Below, piece by piece: positions 1-8,243 of a DNA stretch of 32,000 nucleotides. The notes beneath the pieces were generated by a model. That model ran no database searches and was not told the origin of the DNA. It saw only the letters and a list, made by a program, of their open reading frames with translations. Location: assembly GCF_000446015.1 (NCBI RefSeq), contig NC_022093.1:1470001-1502000 (forward strand), in the 5' to 3' direction. Positions within the stretch are counted from its first letter, which is position 1, and each line of letters begins with the position of its first letter. The position numbers and the translations under genes are program-made. This DNA is from Thermofilum adornatum. GTDB taxonomy: Archaea > Thermoproteota > Thermoprotei > Thermofilales > Thermofilaceae.

Positions 1-531
1 TCCACTGGGGCAAGCTACCAGCAGATAAAAGAGAAAAAAGAGATAAAGGATTCCGGGCTTCTGCTTACAAGTTTTACGGGCTTGGCTCTTTACTTGGTCT
101 TGCTCTTCGTGATTCCAGCAAGCCTCGACCAGCTGGGCTACAATCTTGCTTTCCTAGTGTGGCTCCTGGTCACGTTTTACTTCGTCAAGCGGTACAGGGA
201 GGCCCCTATGAGCTATCTTGTCACCATGATGAGTAACCTCCTAAGCTTTTATTGTCCAAGGTGTCAGAAGAAAATCGAGCCTTTCGAGAAGAGCGGCTCG
301 CTTCTGGAGCACTTCATAAATGGTAGGCTCTCGCTTAAAGGGGCACAGGAAAGGGTCATAGTGGCCCACTACAGGCATGTCCACACAGAATACGAGAAGG
401 AGATAAGGGACTTACAGAAGGTCAGGAGCCCGCTTCTCAACAAAGAGCAGAGAAGGGAGGAGCTCAAGAGGGAGTACTCTGAGAAGGCTCGCTTTCTCGC
501 CGAAAAGGACGGCCTACTCAAGGAAAAGTGA
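1..531 (+). CDS. hypothetical membrane protein, 5'-truncated by the window edge
   Basis: The frame of the 82..531 ORF stays open back to base 1 with no stop, so the gene probably starts outside the window. It has two hydrophobic stretches (LYLVLLFVIPA, LAFLVWLLVTFYF), then CPRC, a His-rich AHYRHVH segment and a K/E/R-rich helical tail. No family recognised. Confidence 0.5.
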   Translation, partial: STGASYQQIKEKKEIKDSGLLLTSFTGLALYLVLLFVIPASLDQLGYNLAFLVWLLVTFYFVKRYREAPMSYLVTMMSNLLSFYCPRCQKKIEPFEKSGSLLEHFINGRLSLKGAQERVIVAHYRHVHTEYEKEIRDLQKVRSPLLNKEQRREELKREYSEKARFLAEKDGLLKEK

Positions 532-637
532 AAAATTCTAGCTGTAAATATTTCTGGATTCATACAAAAGTATTTGTAAGAAATGTAAAGTTTTCTTCGA
601 ATAGACGGAAATTCTCTTAAAGAATAGTATTCCTTGG

Positions 638-1717
638 ATGCTTATGTCGATAAGGGTGCTCACAGCTCGGGACATTGCAGAGCTTGTACGCCAAGTAGGA
701 ATAGACAAGTTCATGGATGGTCTAATTGAAAGCCTAGAAACCACATTTAAGAAATGGAAACAGCTAAAGGTGACCCCAAGGGTAAGCTTCCACTATAGGC
801 AAGGCGTCGTAGAAGCAATGCCAGCCTCAGACGACAAATGGTACACAGTCAAAATAGTAAACGGTCACCCCCTAAACCCCTCCAGGGGCCTCCAGACAGT
901 CGTAGCCGTAGCAGTGCTAGTAGACGTTGAAACCGGCTACCCCCTGATGTTTATGGATGCAACCCTGCTAACGTCTCTCCGTACAGGTGCAGCCTCGGCA
1001 CTCGCCACCAAGTACCTTGCAAGGGAAGACTCTGAGACCCTGGGAGTCATCGGCAACGGGGCGCAGTCAGAGTTCCTGGCCTACGCGATTACACGTGTCG
1101 CCAACAAGCTCGACAGGATACTCGCCTTCGACATCGACAGGAAGGCCACCGAAAAGTTCACGAGAAACATGTCCCACCTAGGCTACACGGTCGAAAGCGT
1201 TGACAGCCCACGAGAATTAGCCTTGAACTCAGACATCATAGTAACAGCCACAGCTTCGCCCGGGAGAAACAGAGTCATCGAGAAGTCCTGGGTCGAGCCT
1301 GGAACCCACATCAATGCTGTAGGCGGAGACGCCCCTGGAAAGACAGAGCTTGACCCAGAGCTTGTACGCTCCTCAAAACTCGTAGTGGAGCTTCTAGACC
1401 AGGCGTTAGTAGAGGGAGAGGCCCAAAACGTTGGTAGAGAACATGTCTACGCGGAGCTGTGGGAAGTAGTAGCTGGAATCAAGCCCGGCAGGACAAGCCC
1501 ACAGGAGGTAACAATATTTGACTCTGTGGGAATAGCTATAGAGGATCTCGCGGCCATAACCTATGTATATTCACTGGCTAAAGGCGACGATATCGGGACA
1601 ACGATAAAGATTCTGCCTGAGACAAGTAACCCTAAAGACCTGTTCTCGCTTATAGCCAAACCTCTACAAGGAAGAGAAAAAGGCTTCTTGAAGAACATAA
1701 AATTATACGAGAATTAG
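638..1717 (+). CDS. ornithine cyclodeaminase / mu-crystallin family enzyme (archaeal members include alanine dehydrogenase)
   Basis: 359-aa ORF with a mid-protein Rossmann loop (GVIGNGAQSEF). The blocks IIVTATAS, HINAVGGDAPGKTELD and TIFDSVGIAIEDLA are typical of the OCD/mu-crystallin family. A TATA-like TCTTAAAGAATAG lies at 615-627. The second ATG at 644 is an alternative start. Confidence 0.85.
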   Translation: MLMSIRVLTARDIAELVRQVGIDKFMDGLIESLETTFKKWKQLKVTPRVSFHYRQGVVEAMPASDDKWYTVKIVNGHPLNPSRGLQTVVAVAVLVDVETGYPLMFMDATLLTSLRTGAASALATKYLAREDSETLGVIGNGAQSEFLAYAITRVANKLDRILAFDIDRKATEKFTRNMSHLGYTVESVDSPRELALNSDIIVTATASPGRNRVIEKSWVEPGTHINAVGGDAPGKTELDPELVRSSKLVVELLDQALVEGEAQNVGREHVYAELWEVVAGIKPGRTSPQEVTIFDSVGIAIEDLAAITYVYSLAKGDDIGTTIKILPETSNPKDLFSLIAKPLQGREKGFLKNIKLYEN

Positions 1718-1740
1718 CGAAGAGAGGGGCTAGTGTATTG

Positions 1741-2128
1741 TTATGGGTCTATATTCTTCGCTTTGCTGGACTCAAGAAGTTTCGCGGCGGCCTCTCTTAG
1801 TGTCTGGATTATGTCTTCCAAGTTGTCATAGATGATTTCTGCATCTATATCGGCGTACATGTGAACAATGATGTTTCTTAGCCCAACAATTTCCTGCAAC
1901 TTTTTTCGAGATTTTCATCTATTATACCTTCCTCTCGTACTTTTCTAATGATTTCCCTGTAGGTGTCAGGTACTTCTACTTTTAGCTTGGACAAAATGTA
2001 AGAGGAAAAATCAACTAGAATTCTGTGCATACTTGGATATTTCTCTCTGCTATTGATAACAATTTAGGTCCAAAAATCGAAGACTTGAAGGAAAGGATTA
2101 GCTCGCGCTTGGTGGGAATAGACCTCAC
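1741..2128 (-). pseudogene. HepT-like (DUF86, HEPN-domain) toxin remnant disrupted by two frameshifts
   Basis: No ORF of 60 aa or more lies here, but the minus strand reads in three frame segments. Segment 1 is VRSIPTKRELILSFKSSIFGPKLLSIAERNIQVCTEF*. Segment 2 is (M)HRILVDFSSYILSKLKVEVPDTYREIIRKVREEGIIDENLEK. Segment 3 is KLQEIVGLRNIIVHMYADIDAEIIYDNLEDIIQTLREAAAKLLESSKAKNIDP*. Joined, they give about 128 aa with the DUF86/HepT hallmark G-x-R-N-x-x-V-H-x-Y (R-x4-H at 1861-1878). One frame break sits in the T6 run at 1901-1906 (A6 on the coding strand). The other is near 2015-2022. Confidence 0.6.
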
Positions 2129-2134
2129 TTATCC

Positions 2135-3415
2135 TCAAAGATAGACTGCGAGGTATAGGAATGGGAGATATATTGCCATGTTTATGGCTGTGACAATTGT
2201 TCCTAGCTTTGCAAACTCTATGAAGCCAAGGGACTTTGAGTATCTTTCCTCTGCGACCTCCATGATTATGATGTTTGAAGCCGCGCCTAGGAGTGTGAGG
2301 TTTCCAGCGATGGTTGAGCTACAGGCAAGCACTAGCCACGCCCACACGTCGCTAGGGGTATAGCCGATAGTCTTCATGTACTGGATAAAGAACTGTGTAA
2401 ATGGGACGTTTGAAAGGAGCTGGCTTAGAGCCAGGCTCTCGACGCTTATTGCGGCTATTCCTTCTAGGCCATAGAGCTTCTTGTCCATTAGGACGGCTAC
2501 TAGGGGCTGGAGAAGGCCACTGGACCAGACGCCCTTCATCGTTATGAACATTGCGATGAAGAAGACTATTGTTCCCCAGTTTACCTTCTCGAGTATACCT
2601 CTGGGGTCGGACACAAAGATGTAAGTTGCCGCGGCAACAATGAATGGGATGAAGCCTATGTTCTCTACGTGTGGGAGGCCAGCTATTGAAAGGGCATCGT
2701 TAGCCAATAGGAGCGCGACGACGCTGGTCAGCCCTATTGCTGCAATCATAGCGTCTCTCCTGTTCCTTATCGCCTCGCCCGGAATAACTAATAGCTCCAG
2801 CTTTTTGTCGCTTATCTTGAACCACTTTAGTAGAACCAGTGGGACCACGAGGAGGTTAATCAGGGACGGAAGTAGCAGAACCCTCAGAAAGCTTAAAAGA
2901 GGAGCCTTCATCCCGCTCTGAACAGCAATTAAGACATTCTGGGGGTTGCCTATAGGCGTAGCTACAGAGCCGATCGTCACGCTGAAGGCGAGCATGAACA
3001 GGAAGGGCTCCAGGCCGAGCCCCGCTACACGGGCAATACTGCCAACCATGACTGTGCCCAAGACTGCGACAGCGTCGTTAACAGTGACGGCCGCAAGTAG
3101 CCCAAATACAATGGAGAGAACTATAAATAACCTCCATACACTCCCAACCCTCGCTAGAAACCAATATGCGACTGCGTCTAGGAGTCCAGAAGACTCTGCG
3201 AGGCTCACAATGCTAAACATGCCGATCAAGAAGAGAATGACGTCTATGTCGACAGCTTGCCCGAGACCATCGACTGGCACGAGGCCGCCGGCAACAACAA
3301 TGAAGGAGGCAAACGCCATCACTGCCCAGAAGGGCAAACTCCGAAACCTTGACCTAGCCAGCAGTCCCCATACAATAACGGCCAGTGATATGCCTGCAAC
3401 AACGAGGCTCCACAC
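2135..3415 (-). CDS. ArsB/NhaD-superfamily anion permease (arsenite/citrate-transporter-like)
   Basis: 426-aa polytopic membrane protein. The IGNPQNVLIA motif and overall hydrophobic organisation are typical of ArsB/NhaD (COG1055-like) permeases. A strong A/T box CTTTTTAAATTTA at 3439-3451 lies about 30 nt upstream of the start. Confidence 0.75.
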   Translation of the reverse strand: MWSLVVAGISLAVIVWGLLARSRFRSLPFWAVMAFASFIVVAGGLVPVDGLGQAVDIDVILFLIGMFSIVSLAESSGLLDAVAYWFLARVGSVWRLFIVLSIVFGLLAAVTVNDAVAVLGTVMVGSIARVAGLGLEPFLFMLAFSVTIGSVATPIGNPQNVLIAVQSGMKAPLLSFLRVLLLPSLINLLVVPLVLLKWFKISDKKLELLVIPGEAIRNRRDAMIAAIGLTSVVALLLANDALSIAGLPHVENIGFIPFIVAAATYIFVSDPRGILEKVNWGTIVFFIAMFITMKGVWSSGLLQPLVAVLMDKKLYGLEGIAAISVESLALSQLLSNVPFTQFFIQYMKTIGYTPSDVWAWLVLACSSTIAGNLTLLGAASNIIIMEVAEERYSKSLGFIEFAKLGTIVTAINMAIYLPFLYLAVYL

Positions 3416-3438
3416 AAACAGATAGCAAGGCAGAGAAG

Positions 3439-3451
3439 CTTTTTAAATTTA
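3439..3451. promoter_or_regulatory. TATA-like box in a divergent promoter region (serves the 2135..3415 minus-strand gene)
   Basis: CTTTTTAAATTTA is centred about 30 nt upstream of the minus-strand ATG at 3415. This matches archaeal TATA spacing with a leaderless or short-leader transcript. Confidence 0.4.
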
Positions 3452-3552
3452 CCCCCGTGGACTGTGTAGATGTTAATGTTGTTACGTAGGGGTGATTCTA
3501 ATCGTGTGTGAGATTTCTTTACCAAAAATTTTTATTGACATTGTCATTAGGT

Positions 3553-3559
3553 CTATATT
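3553..3559 (+). promoter_or_regulatory. TATA-like box for the 3578 gene
   Basis: CTATATT lies about 22 nt upstream of the ATG at 3578. Confidence 0.3.
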
Positions 3560-3577
3560 CGAGGGGTCGACACCGAG

Positions 3578-4924
3578 ATGAAACGGCCAATGTACGTGGA
3601 TTTTCTCTTAATAGCGTCCTTGCCTGTAATAGTTTTTCTAAGCCTCCTTTCAGGACCTATTGCAGAGTTGGGCTTCAAAGATTTTCTCTTTAAAATTTTT
3701 TCCGTAAAGGCTACCGAGGAGGACTTCGCGGCAAGAGTAATAATGGTCTACCATGTTGCGGCCGCAATTGTAATGGCTGGCACACTATACCTTGCAGTCA
3801 AATATGTTGATCACGACGAGAAACTGAGGAAGCCTCTTCTCAACCTCGTAACCGCTGGCTGGATAATAACGGTTCTTTCTGCGCTTGTCTTTGCATATTT
3901 CTGGAGAAGCCCGCTTGTCCACGGCGTTTATCTCTTAGGGCTATCATTGATGTTCACGGGGGCTGTGCTTTTTACTTATGCAATGTCACCTGTGAGGATA
4001 AGCTGGAAGGAAAAAACTCTAGAGAAGGTGGCCGCGTTTACAACCGCAGTTGCTTTGCTTGGGGGAGTACTTATGGGGGCCATGTATGCTTCTCATCTAG
4101 GCTTTTCCAAGGAGGCGCACATATACATCATTGAAGAATATTCGACCAGGGAGTACCGTGGCCTTGTGTCTCCGCAGACTTCTCTGCAGTTGCTTGTCAC
4201 AGCCCACGCACATGCGGCTGTTGCAATATGGTCGACGGCTATAATGTTTATAGGGCTTAAATGGTCCCGGCTATCGGAGTGGAAGCCCAGGCTCTACAGG
4301 TGGGCGTTGATTTTCCAAATATTCGGGGTAGCCGTTATGTTCTTTGGGACAACGGTGGTGCCCATTTGGAGATCTATAGCCCACGAGATTATTTTTGTAG
4401 GTATAGCACCTCTGAACATTACACTCCTGATTTTATGGTTACGGCTCGCCGATATGCTTAGGAATGGTGACTGGCGTGACCCGGCAAAGGTGGGGCTGTT
4501 TCTTGTCCCTATCTGGATGACGCTGTTCGTTACATCCACGGGTCCAATCGTTGCTTCAAACCTGAAGACTATAAGAGCCGTTTGGCCTTTGAGGGACGAA
4601 ATAGCATATAACGTGGCGCATTGGCACATGTTGAGTTTTGTGATTGCCTCTGCAATGTTCTTCCTCTATCTCGACGAGTTCACCAACATAGTGAAGGATG
4701 TCTCTGGGTGGCTCCTAGCATTCGGAGGGACGCTCGCCTTGGCAGGAACGTTTGTATATGAGTTGTCTCCAATGTTTGTAATGGGATCCACTGATATAGC
4801 TGGGGCTTCTCTCAGCCTTAAAAAGGCAATTCTACCAGTAATGGAGGTTGGCCTTGCTGCCTCGTTTGCAGGTTTCGCTATCTTTACGCTTTGGCTACTG
4901 TATCGCTGGATTAAAACAAAGTAG
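3578..4924 (+). CDS. 12-TM integral membrane protein with His-containing TM motifs, function unknown
   Basis: 448-aa ORF with about 12 hydrophobic helices whose loops follow the positive-inside rule. Several TM helices carry His: VYHVAAA, LVHGVY, VTAHAHAAV (His codons at 4205-4213), IAHEII and VAHWHM (4619-4627). No family recognised with confidence. Confidence 0.7.
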   Translation: MKRPMYVDFLLIASLPVIVFLSLLSGPIAELGFKDFLFKIFSVKATEEDFAARVIMVYHVAAAIVMAGTLYLAVKYVDHDEKLRKPLLNLVTAGWIITVLSALVFAYFWRSPLVHGVYLLGLSLMFTGAVLFTYAMSPVRISWKEKTLEKVAAFTTAVALLGGVLMGAMYASHLGFSKEAHIYIIEEYSTREYRGLVSPQTSLQLLVTAHAHAAVAIWSTAIMFIGLKWSRLSEWKPRLYRWALIFQIFGVAVMFFGTTVVPIWRSIAHEIIFVGIAPLNITLLILWLRLADMLRNGDWRDPAKVGLFLVPIWMTLFVTSTGPIVASNLKTIRAVWPLRDEIAYNVAHWHMLSFVIASAMFFLYLDEFTNIVKDVSGWLLAFGGTLALAGTFVYELSPMFVMGSTDIAGASLSLKKAILPVMEVGLAASFAGFAIFTLWLLYRWIKTK

Positions 4925-5009
4925 ATATTTTTCTTTGAATGTCCATATTTTCAAGTCCAAGGCGAAAACATAAAAAGCATGCAGAACTAGCTTGCGAGTA
5001 AAAGGCTCG

Positions 5010-5030
5010 TAGAGAAAAAAGTTTTCTCTA
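5010..5030. promoter_or_regulatory. perfect 9-bp inverted repeat (TAGAGAAAA-AAG-TTTTCTCTA), candidate operator upstream of csx1
   Basis: Bases 5010-5018 pair perfectly with 5022-5030 across a 3-nt spacer. The repeat lies just upstream of the A/T-rich GAAAAGATATAGG box at 5038-5050 and about 50 nt upstream of the ATG at 5080. Confidence 0.3.
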
Positions 5031-5079
5031 TGTATGAGAAAAGATATAGGGGTGTTAGACGTATTTTGGCAGGAAAACA

Positions 5080-6489
5080 ATGGGTCAAAGCGGGATCGAC
5101 ACACTTATAGTGGTACCGTGGGGCCACCCGGCGGGCTGGCGCCAGGTAAGGTATACTACTAAGGGGATATCACTTGATCATTGCACTACTCTCCCTTTAC
5201 TCTTAAAAATGTTCCCCAGGTCAGAAGTATTCGTCTTAGTCCTCGATAGCCTTGTAGAGGAAGCCCCTAAGCCACAGTCTCCCAGCAAATGCTGGCAATG
5301 CTATGAAGAGAATATCGAGCATCTTCGATATGCTTCTCAAGCAAAGAGCTACAAAGAACTTAGGGATCAACTTGCAGGTTTCTTGTCCAGCTATGTCAAA
5401 TGCTTGCTGGGAGACCAATATAAGCCAGTCATACACCCGGTAATATGTCCAGCCGTGGGACGGCCTGGCGGCAAGTGGATTTTCAGGGGAAACCCAAGAG
5501 ACTTCGAGTCAATAGCACTCTACGATCTCGGAAAAACGATAATGGAGAAGCCCTTTAGCAGTATCGTTGTCGACACGACGCACGGCGTAAACTTTATGCC
5601 GAGCCTAACCACGAGGCTTGCCAATAGGCTTGCCAGCCTCTTATTAGCTAGACACGAACACCTCGTGCTTGCAGAACAAAGGGGAGTCAAGATATACATC
5701 TACAACGCTGACCCGGTGCCCCTAGCGAGCCCCGGACAGCCAGAGATGAGCCTAAACCTCATAGCCGAAGAGACACATTCCTCGATACAGATACCCCCAG
5801 TTATACCTGAAAACCTTTTGGAGACAATGGAGCCTGGAACACAGCCCTACATAGAATTGAACAAGACTTACTTCGAATATGCAGGCCTCGTGGCGAGCTC
5901 CCTCTACTATCCACTCCCACTGTTGCTAGTACACGCTGTCTCCCAAGAAACAGCAGCCAAAGCCTGGGAAGCGCTCGAGAAAGCACATGGAGAATGGGAA
6001 ACCAGCGTAGAGATCTCGGGCAACACTGTCCAGAGGAGGCTAGCCATCAACCCAGACGCCCTTTACTTGCTTATGCTAACTGTGGCAGTGGCAAGGCGCC
6101 TCAAAGAGAAAGGTCTAAGCTACCCAAGCGACACAAGACAACTAGCTCAAGTTCTACCGCTATATGAGGCTGTAAACGAGGCATATAGATACATTATAGA
6201 GGACGAGCTCGCCAGAATAGAGAAGAAAACCTTCCGAATACAAAGAATCCTGAAAGAAGCAGACTGGACGCCCCTATACCTAATATACATTGAGCCAAAC
6301 CAGCATTTCTCTGCCGTCAAGAAGAGGACAATGATAGCACACGCTGGCCTACAGAAAGAAATAGTCCAAGTTAAACTTTTGGAAAATGGACAAGTTCTCC
6401 TCAGATACAACAGCGCCTGGGAGAACAGGCCCTTACAGCAACTGAGCTCTTCAGGCCTGCTTCTCCCACAATATAAGGCAACTTATTGA
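5080..6489 (+). CDS. csx1: Csx1-type CRISPR-associated CARF-HEPN protein (Cas_DxTHG / MJ1666-like family), stand-alone
   Basis: The N-terminus TLIVVPWGHPAGWRQVRYTT matches the xxWGNPxxWxxVxY opening of MJ1666/Csx1 CARF domains. The DxTHG motif VVDTTHGVNFMP has D-T-T-H-G at 5572-5586. The C-terminal KKRTMIAHAGLQKE carries the Csx1 HEPN R-x4-H-A-G motif (R to H at 6325-6342). The 469-aa length fits the family. Confidence 0.7.
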   Translation: MGQSGIDTLIVVPWGHPAGWRQVRYTTKGISLDHCTTLPLLLKMFPRSEVFVLVLDSLVEEAPKPQSPSKCWQCYEENIEHLRYASQAKSYKELRDQLAGFLSSYVKCLLGDQYKPVIHPVICPAVGRPGGKWIFRGNPRDFESIALYDLGKTIMEKPFSSIVVDTTHGVNFMPSLTTRLANRLASLLLARHEHLVLAEQRGVKIYIYNADPVPLASPGQPEMSLNLIAEETHSSIQIPPVIPENLLETMEPGTQPYIELNKTYFEYAGLVASSLYYPLPLLLVHAVSQETAAKAWEALEKAHGEWETSVEISGNTVQRRLAINPDALYLLMLTVAVARRLKEKGLSYPSDTRQLAQVLPLYEAVNEAYRYIIEDELARIEKKTFRIQRILKEADWTPLYLIYIEPNQHFSAVKKRTMIAHAGLQKEIVQVKLLENGQVLLRYNSAWENRPLQQLSSSGLLLPQYKATY

Positions 6490-6527
6490 CGCCCACGAAT
6501 ATATAGAACGCTAACGGGCTAGCTAAG

Positions 6528-7694
6528 CTAATTGTTGTCTAGCTTCTTCAAGAGCGTGTAGAGTAGCATTGTCTGTACTAGGTATATGGATGCTGTTAGG
6601 TAGAGAGGAGAGTCAAGATTTATGTTCATGAGTGTTCCTCCTATTGCCGAGCCCGTGCCAGTGGCTATCTGTGATGCTAGGATATTCAGCATTGTGTAGC
6701 GTGACCTCTCCTCGGGGCCTATAGTCTTCATGGTTAGGGACCAGAAGAGGGGGTTGGCGGCATTCATTAGGACTGTTCTAAGGGTAAAGAATGCCGCGGC
6801 CATTAGGAAGCTGGGGGCCCGGGCAGTAGCTACGAGTAGGGGGATTGAAGCTAGCTGTAGCGCTACTACTGCTTTCAAGGTGCCCAAGCGGCTCGAAATA
6901 ATTGGGGCTAGCGACGTGAAGGGTATCATGAGCAGGGTTTCAACGAGCATCCTCGTGCCGAGCTCCCCTGCTTCCACGCCGAATTTAGTCATGAAATAGT
7001 AGTTGATCAGCTGGATGGAGGCTCCCGCACCAAGACCAGTTATAGCCGAGAGAACAGTAAATATAAGTGTTTCCCGTGAGAAGCCGAGCACAAACTTTTC
7101 CGAAGGTTTCACATTGTCCCTGACTGGCAACAACAATAGGAAACTGGTAGCAGCAATTATTCCTCCATAAAGCATGAAGGTTCTATAGGCATCTAGCAGG
7201 CTGTGGCTGTTGGCTATTAGCTGTGGTACCCATGAGAGTGCCATACCTATAGAGGCGCCGACCAGCCCAAGTATCTGTGACAAAGAGCCTACAAGATCCA
7301 GCTTGTCTCTAGGTGTGACATCAGCTATGAGGGGATTAAGTGTGACGCCGGCTATTGCATTACCTATTCCTATCAATACGAATCCGACAAGCATATAGTT
7401 GAAGCATGGGGCGTAGAGCACTATCAGGAAGCCAGGAAGAATAGGGACAAGCGAGGATAAGGCAATTTTTTTCCTGCCAAACTTGTCTGCAAGGAAAGCC
7501 GCAGGGATAAGGGATGCAGAAAGAGCAATGCTAGAGGCCAGCTGGAGTAGCCCTACTTCCTGTGGGCTTAACCCTATGTGCTTAAGATACGGCTGTATAA
7601 AGACATTTATCATACCGTTTCCAAGGGCGCTAAAGAAGCCCAGCAAGAGCAGTGCCGTTACATTTTTCCCAAGGTTTTTTGTTCTCTCAAACAT
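6528..7694 (-). CDS. MFS transporter
   Basis: 388 aa with about 12 TM helices. The MFS motif A-like FLADKFGRKK lies between TM2 and TM3. Confidence 0.85.
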   Translation of the reverse strand: MFERTKNLGKNVTALLLLGFFSALGNGMINVFIQPYLKHIGLSPQEVGLLQLASSIALSASLIPAAFLADKFGRKKIALSSLVPILPGFLIVLYAPCFNYMLVGFVLIGIGNAIAGVTLNPLIADVTPRDKLDLVGSLSQILGLVGASIGMALSWVPQLIANSHSLLDAYRTFMLYGGIIAATSFLLLLPVRDNVKPSEKFVLGFSRETLIFTVLSAITGLGAGASIQLINYYFMTKFGVEAGELGTRMLVETLLMIPFTSLAPIISSRLGTLKAVVALQLASIPLLVATARAPSFLMAAAFFTLRTVLMNAANPLFWSLTMKTIGPEERSRYTMLNILASQIATGTGSAIGGTLMNINLDSPLYLTASIYLVQTMLLYTLLKKLDNN

Positions 7695-7849
7695 TCGTTT
7701 TCAAGATATGATTAAAACAACTGATATATAAAGTTTAATTTAGCTATATCATAGAAGCTTTACACATACTTTTCCAATAGCCTTGAAAACTACTTCATAT
7801 AGGTTTTAAGAGGAAAAATGAACTAGTATCAATTGGAGAGCTTCCTTTG

Positions 7850-8122
7850 TTACCTATGAATTATTATAAAGAAGTTATTGATTACCGCCGCCCACGTCAA
7901 AATAGCATAAGTTACAGGTGCCAAATAAAGATATACTGCTTCCTTTGTCTTTAGTTTTCTTACGAGTAGTTCTGCTAGAAAGAAGAGCAAAAACGGCATA
8001 GATACGTGGATAATGCCCCAAAGGGCAGCTGTCTCCGGTCTTGAGATCATTTGTGCAACTTCTATCTGACAATTAAGGGGGTGCATCTCTCTTGCGCCTT
8101 GGACGTAGTGTAAAGTACTCAA
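7850..8122 (-). CDS. small hypothetical membrane protein (2 TM)
   Basis: 90-aa ORF with a TTG start in the track; the internal ATG (MHPLNC...) is an alternative. It has two hydrophobic helices (WGIIHVSMPFLLFFLAELLV, LYLAPVTYAILTWAAVINNFFII). No homology recognised. Confidence 0.4.
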   Translation of the reverse strand: MSTLHYVQGAREMHPLNCQIEVAQMISRPETAALWGIIHVSMPFLLFFLAELLVRKLKTKEAVYLYLAPVTYAILTWAAVINNFFIIIHR

Positions 8123-8243
8123 GGCCTTAACAGCTATTCGTTTTTGATGTTCAAAGCCTATATTGGTTTAACATGTAGAGGAGAATCTACCCCTGAGAAA
8201 ATTTTTCTACAAATGCTAAGTCACCGATAATGTTAAGTTTTTT

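Noticed and set aside
2178-3425. Plus-strand ORFs (61, 93 and 159 aa) inside the ArsB-like gene
   Set aside because: They are antisense to a continuous 426-aa polytopic membrane ORF. Their translations are Ala/Thr/Ser/Arg/Pro-rich with no motifs.
3578-4924. Calling the 12-TM His-rich protein a heme-copper oxidase / NOR subunit I
   Set aside because: The helix II-like and helix X-like motifs are only about 140 residues apart instead of about 315. No HH CuB pair or N-terminal HCO signature is present, and no subunit II-like gene lies nearby. Only the looser metal- or heme-binding hypothesis is retained.
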